This document shows positions 59,301 to 64,000 of a DNA stretch of 64,000 nucleotides, piece after piece. Numbering within the stretch: position 1 is the stretch's first letter; each line of letters begins with the position of its first letter. The notes beneath the pieces were generated by a model that ran no database searches, was not told where the DNA came from, and saw only the letters and a list, made by a program, of their open reading frames with translations. Both the position numbers and the translations under genes were made by a program. Source of the stretch: an uncultured Methylomirabilota bacterium (lineage in GTDB: Bacteria; Methylomirabilota; Methylomirabilia; Methylomirabilales; 2-02-FULL-66-22); the NCBI GenBank assembly GCA_963705305.1, contig OY970067.1, forward strand, positions 448,001 through 512,000. Reading direction: 5' to 3'.

Positions 59301-60005
59301 TCAATACCCTAGACTTTCCGCCGCTATGCGCTGGAAATAGGCCCTCTCCTCCGAAGTGGTGTTTGCGTCTGAATACCGATTCCCGACTGGACTGCGCGCG
59401 AGGATCGTCCCGTAGAGCGTGCATGCGGCCAGATAGGTCCCGGAAGGGGTGGGATGCCCATCCGCGCTGTACAGCAAGAGATCGGGTCTTTCGTGGAGTG
59501 ACCGCGCAAAGGCTAGACCGGCCGGGGCCACCTCCGCTCCCAGCTCTGTCCCGAGAGCGTCGTAGGCCGCGGCAAGGTTCGCCGTGGTCACTCCATACGC
59601 AATGCTATCAGGCCGTTCCCACGTCATGAGAAGAATGGTCTGAGCTCCGCCGGCCCTGATTGCTCGATCGAACTCTCTGGCAAACTGATAGAACTTCTGC
59701 CGGTCACAGACCGGTGTTTGGCTTTGCTCCTGCAAGACGACGTAGCGCCATCCCCCGCGACGAATTGCTCGAAGGGCCTCCCCGTCCTTCCAGTGCCGTT
59801 CCAACGTGTAGCCGGCAGCCGTCTGCCGGGACGTCGCGATTGAAGGGGCCAGGCCCTCCAGCTGTTTGTCGATGCCGCCGCTGACATATGTGTAACTGTT
59901 GCCGATGAAGAGGATGCGTGTCGATGCTGGCTTGCTGCACGACGCCAGGACCAACAAAGCCACACAGAGGACGAAGACGGGTCGTCCAAAGGACGGTGTT
60001 CTCAC
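59301..60005 (-). CDS. SGNH/GDSL-type hydrolase lipoprotein (DUF4886-like), cassette gene
   Basis: Lipobox LASC, ILFIGNSYT, VVLQEQS and DGHP...GTYLAAC. Confidence 0.82.
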   Translation of the reverse strand: MRTPSFGRPVFVLCVALLVLASCSKPASTRILFIGNSYTYVSGGIDKQLEGLAPSIATSRQTAAGYTLERHWKDGEALRAIRRGGWRYVVLQEQSQTPVCDRQKFYQFAREFDRAIRAGGAQTILLMTWERPDSIAYGVTTANLAAAYDALGTELGAEVAPAGLAFARSLHERPDLLLYSADGHPTPSGTYLAACTLYGTILARSPVGNRYSDANTTSEERAYFQRIAAESLGY

Positions 60006-60189
60006 GGCATCCCCACTTTCGCGAGGGGAATCTCACGCTGCGCCACGGATCCGCGACGGCCCCATGATCCGGCCGCATGTCCCCAACGACGGCCGTATGA
60101 AGCGCAGGGGCACGCCGGTAAGAAAGTACATATTATTCTACAGGCCGGTACCCGTCCTCGCAGGCGGTGCCCTTTCCTCCATCCCGGAT

Positions 60190-60360
60190 GAAATGCAATG
60201 CGGTGCACGACACCGGCCGCGTCCAGCCGTGCGCGTCTCGGCATTATCCCCCATTGCCACAGCACCAGACAAGCTCTCGGCTTTCTTTTTTACCAGCGCC
60301 CGTCTTTTCTATGAGTGGTGTCGATGGGAAGATTCGACAGATAATGCAACGTCCCCTATT
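60190..60360 (-). mobile_element. Orphan end of the HUH element family with a transposase start stub
   Basis: GACAGATAATGCAACGTCCCCTATT at 60336-60360 is identical to the intact ends. MPRRARLDAAGVVH starts at 60244. Confidence 0.8.
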
Positions 60361-60535
60361 ATGGGAGGACCCGTTGTTTACGACCGTGTGAAGCCTCGCG
60401 GAAAGGTCGCACGGGGCGGAGGGGTTCTTATTTAGGCTGCCTCTCGGGAGAGGACCGGCTCTTTGCGTTTGGAGGAGCGCTACCGCCATAGATTAGGGTA
60501 GCCCGTGAGCAACGTTTCGCGGTATCCTAGGCGCC

Positions 60536-61090
60536 ATGAAACGGGTCTCAGGGCGGCGGTCCTTCCTCGCTTCCTCCGGCGCCGCCCCATCGCTGGGTGT
60601 TTCCTGGCTGGCGGGATTCCGGCGCGCGATTCGCCGCTGGTACGCGGGAAACCGGAGGCAGTTCCCGTGGCGGGAGATGCGCCAACCCTGGCCGACACTG
60701 ATCGCCGAGGTCCTGCTCCGGCAGACGCGGGCCTCGACTGTAGCCCGAGTTTACGGGGGGTTCCTGGAGCGCTGGCCGACACCGCAAGCGCTCGCGGCCG
60801 CGCGCCCCGCTGAAGTCACGACTGCAATCGCCCCGCTTGGCCTGGGGTACCGGGCCGCAGAACTGGTAGCCATCGCGAGGCAGGTTGTCGAGCGATTCGG
60901 CGGAGACGTCCCGGCTGATCGGAAGAAGTTGATGGCGATCCCGAGTGTCGGCGACTACACGGCCTCAGCGGTCCTATCCCACGGCTTCGGCAAGGGCGAA
61001 CCGACTGTCGACACGAATATTGTGCGCCAGATCCAGCAGCCTCCAGGGGAGAATTCTCTGTTCATGGAGGCCCTACCTTGGCACTCGTAA
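60536..61090 (+). pseudogene. HhH-GPD DNA glycosylase (MutY/Mig-like), C-terminally truncated
   Basis: Motifs R.FPWR, IAEVLLRQT, LGLGYRA, IPSVGDYTA.AV and VDTNIVR, then unrelated sequence with no Fe-S cysteines. Confidence 0.75.
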
Positions 61091-62442
61091 GACCTCGGCT
61101 AAATGATTATTATGATTTACCCTTTTCTCAAGAGCAAGTTAGCTTTGCTATCCCTCTCCTAGATGAAGACCTGCCTCTTTACGTTGACCCCTTTCTGCTC
61201 TGGAAATCCCCTTCTCAGCAGGACAATTCGTTGCATGCTCAAATCATAAACTCATTCAATTATCTTGGCACGCTTGTCCAGAAAGGCAGAGAAGATGAAG
61301 CCGTTATCCTACTGATCCAACTTTCCGAGTGCAATGAAGTGGGGTTCGGACATTCCATGTCTCGACACGGTGTGAAGATTGGGCGAAAGACTGCCGTTGA
61401 GATTCTCTCACTGTTCCAAGACATTCCCCAGGTCCAGACATCGGGATTTACCCATTTTGAGGAAATTCAACTTCTGGTTGAAGATATCGCGCACGACCGA
61501 ATAAGTGACATTGCGTGCAATCTCCTCATGTCATTTCTCGTCGATTACACAATCGATGAGTGCAGCCGATGGTCAATACCTACAGCAAAGAGCCGGATAA
61601 ACATCTACAACTGCAAATTAAACCAGTTCGGGTGTGAGGCCGTTGATTTGCCTATAAATCCGGAGACCAAGCGTCCTGTCGTGCTTGTGCCTAAGAGATG
61701 GCTTAGGTTTGTGCCCTGGATAAACTTTTCCGACTTTCAGGAGCATTACTTCGCAGAACACGCCGATGCGGAGCGCTTCCGGGATCGAGTGGCGATCTTA
61801 GACTACAATCGACACAACTACGGCATGGTACTAGCGTACGAGGCCATACGGGAAGGTGCCAGAAATGACTGCACCAATGATCTTCTCTTTCGGCCTATTT
61901 CAGTAATTTCGATGAAGAGGAAGATTCACGCTCTATCGGCTTTGAAGGCGGGCAAAACAGATAATGCGGACAAGGAGTACGAACGACTGATGGCTCCCTT
62001 GCTTGCGTCTGCAATGTATCCCGAGCTAGATTTCGCCGCTGCTCAGAGTCGAACCGTATCTAACGTACTCATACGCGATCTAATATTCTATAACAACCGG
62101 TCGTGCGACATAACCATTGATCTTCATAAGCTGTATGAATCACGACAGATGGTCATGGAAATGAAAAATGTCGCTGCTCTGAACAACGACCACATCGACC
62201 AGCTGAATAGATACATGAAGGAGGAATTCGGAAGGTGTGGGATCATCTTAACAAGACACCTTGCTCCGAAAGCAGTCTATAAGAACACAATTGACCTCTG
62301 GTCAGGCCAGAGAAGATGTATCCTGGTTCTAAGCGATGAAGACATCGCATTGATGGGGACACTCTACGAGTCTAAGCAAAGACGGCCAATAGAAGTATTA
62401 AAGAAAAAATACGTAGAATTCAGCAGAGATTGCCCTGGGTAG
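61078..62442 (+). CDS. Conserved hypothetical protein with a possible C-terminal PD-(D/E)xK nuclease domain
   Basis: 454-aa low-GC ORF with a GGAGG RBS and TTG start. Motifs DLPLYVDPFL and DRISD, and a C-terminal E...RDLIFYN...MEMKN...DQL.RY. Confidence 0.75.
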   Translation: MALVRPRLNDYYDLPFSQEQVSFAIPLLDEDLPLYVDPFLLWKSPSQQDNSLHAQIINSFNYLGTLVQKGREDEAVILLIQLSECNEVGFGHSMSRHGVKIGRKTAVEILSLFQDIPQVQTSGFTHFEEIQLLVEDIAHDRISDIACNLLMSFLVDYTIDECSRWSIPTAKSRINIYNCKLNQFGCEAVDLPINPETKRPVVLVPKRWLRFVPWINFSDFQEHYFAEHADAERFRDRVAILDYNRHNYGMVLAYEAIREGARNDCTNDLLFRPISVISMKRKIHALSALKAGKTDNADKEYERLMAPLLASAMYPELDFAAAQSRTVSNVLIRDLIFYNNRSCDITIDLHKLYESRQMVMEMKNVAALNNDHIDQLNRYMKEEFGRCGIILTRHLAPKAVYKNTIDLWSGQRRCILVLSDEDIALMGTLYESKQRRPIEVLKKKYVEFSRDCPG

Positions 62443-62448
62443 GAGGAC

Positions 62449-62856
62449 ATGCTCATGGGAAAGACGGGTGTGAAGGGACTGGATGTGGGCCGTTATGAAA
62501 GAGTTAATGCGCAGCTGGAAGGAGTATATGAGGAAATCACAGCCCTTTCGAAGAAATCCCCAAACGATGGGGTAAATAAGTTTAAGCTTCGGCTTGTAAA
62601 CAGAATACTCGAAGATGCCAACCAGATTCTTGACGATAAACACAAGCCATTTGACGACTTCGGAGTGTTTGATGAAGTCGCCCTTCCGAGCAACAGCGAC
62701 GTGGCATTCATCCTTGCTCAGTATCTCAACTGTATGGAGAATCTGAGGAGCGAGAATATTAAAGAATCAGGTTATGGCGGAAAATGGTACTGGGTCGTTA
62801 ATGGCAAAGTAACATTAGACAGAACGGCGCCGCCAAAGAAACTAAAGGGGAGGTAA
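62449..62856 (+). CDS. Hypothetical protein (paralog of the next gene)
   Basis: AGGAGG RBS, tight operon spacing, and motifs shared with the gene at 62862. Confidence 0.8.
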   Translation: MLMGKTGVKGLDVGRYERVNAQLEGVYEEITALSKKSPNDGVNKFKLRLVNRILEDANQILDDKHKPFDDFGVFDEVALPSNSDVAFILAQYLNCMENLRSENIKESGYGGKWYWVVNGKVTLDRTAPPKKLKGR

Positions 62857-62861
62857 GAATC

Positions 62862-63245
62862 GTGGCGATCAAAAGCACGGCAAGCCAAGGTTTACCGACC
62901 AACTCTCAAGCCGAGAAGTATGCGCTCCTTTATCCACTTCTAAAATCTGCTCTCTTTGAGATCAAGGAACTGTCCAAGAAGAAACAGGATGACCCCCTGA
63001 ATAAGCTGAAGGTAGGAAAGGTTAACAAGATTCTCTCCCAGATTAAGACAGACGTGCTTAACGATGATCCTTCTCGGGTGTTCCTTGATCTTTTGGACGA
63101 CGAAACCTTACCAACGAATAGCGATGCGGTTCTGATAATCGCGCAATACGAGGCAGCAATGGCGCAATTTCATGCGAAACACTACGGGTGGGATGGAACC
63201 AAGGAAAGATGGTTCACAAAAGAGAATCCTGGTTTTGAAAGTTGA
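62862..63245 (+). CDS. Hypothetical protein (paralog of the previous gene)
   Basis: GGAGG RBS and the shared EI..LSKK...D..NK.K...VN.IL...LP.NSD...I.AQY pattern. Confidence 0.8.
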   Translation: MAIKSTASQGLPTNSQAEKYALLYPLLKSALFEIKELSKKKQDDPLNKLKVGKVNKILSQIKTDVLNDDPSRVFLDLLDDETLPTNSDAVLIIAQYEAAMAQFHAKHYGWDGTKERWFTKENPGFES

Positions 63246-63326
63246 ACCCTTTAATACACTCGCGGGTGCCTCAGGCGTTTGATTTCATATGAGCGATACG
63301 CCATCCTTCCAGGACCCATATTTGCT

Positions 63327-63350
63327 CTAGCCGTTCCACAAAGGTGTTGA
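63327..63350 (+). mobile_element. Lone TIR of the same family as the 58964 MITE
   Basis: CTAGCCGTTCCACAAAGGTGTTGA, 23/24 identical to the MITE left TIR. Confidence 0.75.
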
Positions 63351-64000
63351 AGGTCTGATTATCAATAGGTGCGGCTGCCCAGTCAATATCGTATGTTACG
63401 GTGCTTTCATACGATGGTGGTGCTGAAGAAAGCCAAGAGCCGGAGTAAAGGGCAGAGGAAAAACGGCCCTAGGCTCCAACAGGTATCAGGGCGCTGCCAC
63501 GGAAACCACCCCTCGGTTGTTTACGCCCGTTTTGGCAGGGACGGTTGTTTCCGACGCACCGCCAGCCCCCTTCGGCTGAATTTCGTTCCCGCCCGACCCC
63601 TTTAGGGGCGGGGCGGAAAATCCGAAAATCGCCGCTCATGGTTCCGGACCCGGCCCCCCCCTCCGTATTCTTGCCAAAGTCTCCCATGCAGAGGCCCTCG
63701 GCCTGACCGGTCACCTCTTAGTGGGCGTCATCGGCACCGCATCCCTCCTGTATCGGCAGCCCCCTGTTGCTCCGGCGGGGGCGATTGCGATTGACAGCCC
63801 GTGCACGCGGATTATCCCGTCCCACCGCTGCAGTTTCGGAGGTGTCAGCCCGCCGGCCGGAGATTCGCCGCACGACGTTGGCTCAGGCTGCCCGATCGGC
63901 GCCCGGCCCTGGTCTGCAGTACCCCCAATTCTCGGACCGGACCTCCCTCCTCCCTGGTCGTGTATCCGTAGCCCCCCCGTGTTACTGGAACGGGGGGCGT

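Overview
A GC-rich bacterial window that looks like an accessory region. The gene styles suggest an NC10/Methylomirabilota-like or similar environmental lineage, which is an inference. Intact genes are mostly transport and catabolism: three ABC substrate-binding proteins, a TRAP system, SulP, two MFS permeases, a P-type H+-ATPase, a CoA-transferase, MaoC, SDR, Gfo/Idh/MocA, and a corrinoid protein next to a UroD-family methyltransferase. There is also a GAF/PAS histidine kinase with an HTH-REC regulator. Many gene and IS remnants are scattered between them (ISL3, IS4, IS481, rve integrase, tyrosine recombinase, HNH, TPP enzyme, ABC permease). The most striking structure is a family of HUH/Y1 (RAYT-like) transposase elements bounded by ~23-bp terminal inverted repeats with core GGGACGTTGC. 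It has two apparently identical copies, one decayed relative with its own co-varying repeats, and several orphan ends. These elements show no target-site duplication. Three of the four intact ends instead carry 12-14-bp tandem duplications that span the end, and the genes they cut do not resume on the other side. The window also holds two solo attC-bearing gene cassettes without intI, a 201-bp MITE with a 9-bp target duplication, two paralogous small basic putative DNA-binding proteins, and a low-GC three-gene candidate defence module at the right end. No rRNA, tRNA or CRISPR array was seen. All calls are by eye, with no database searches.
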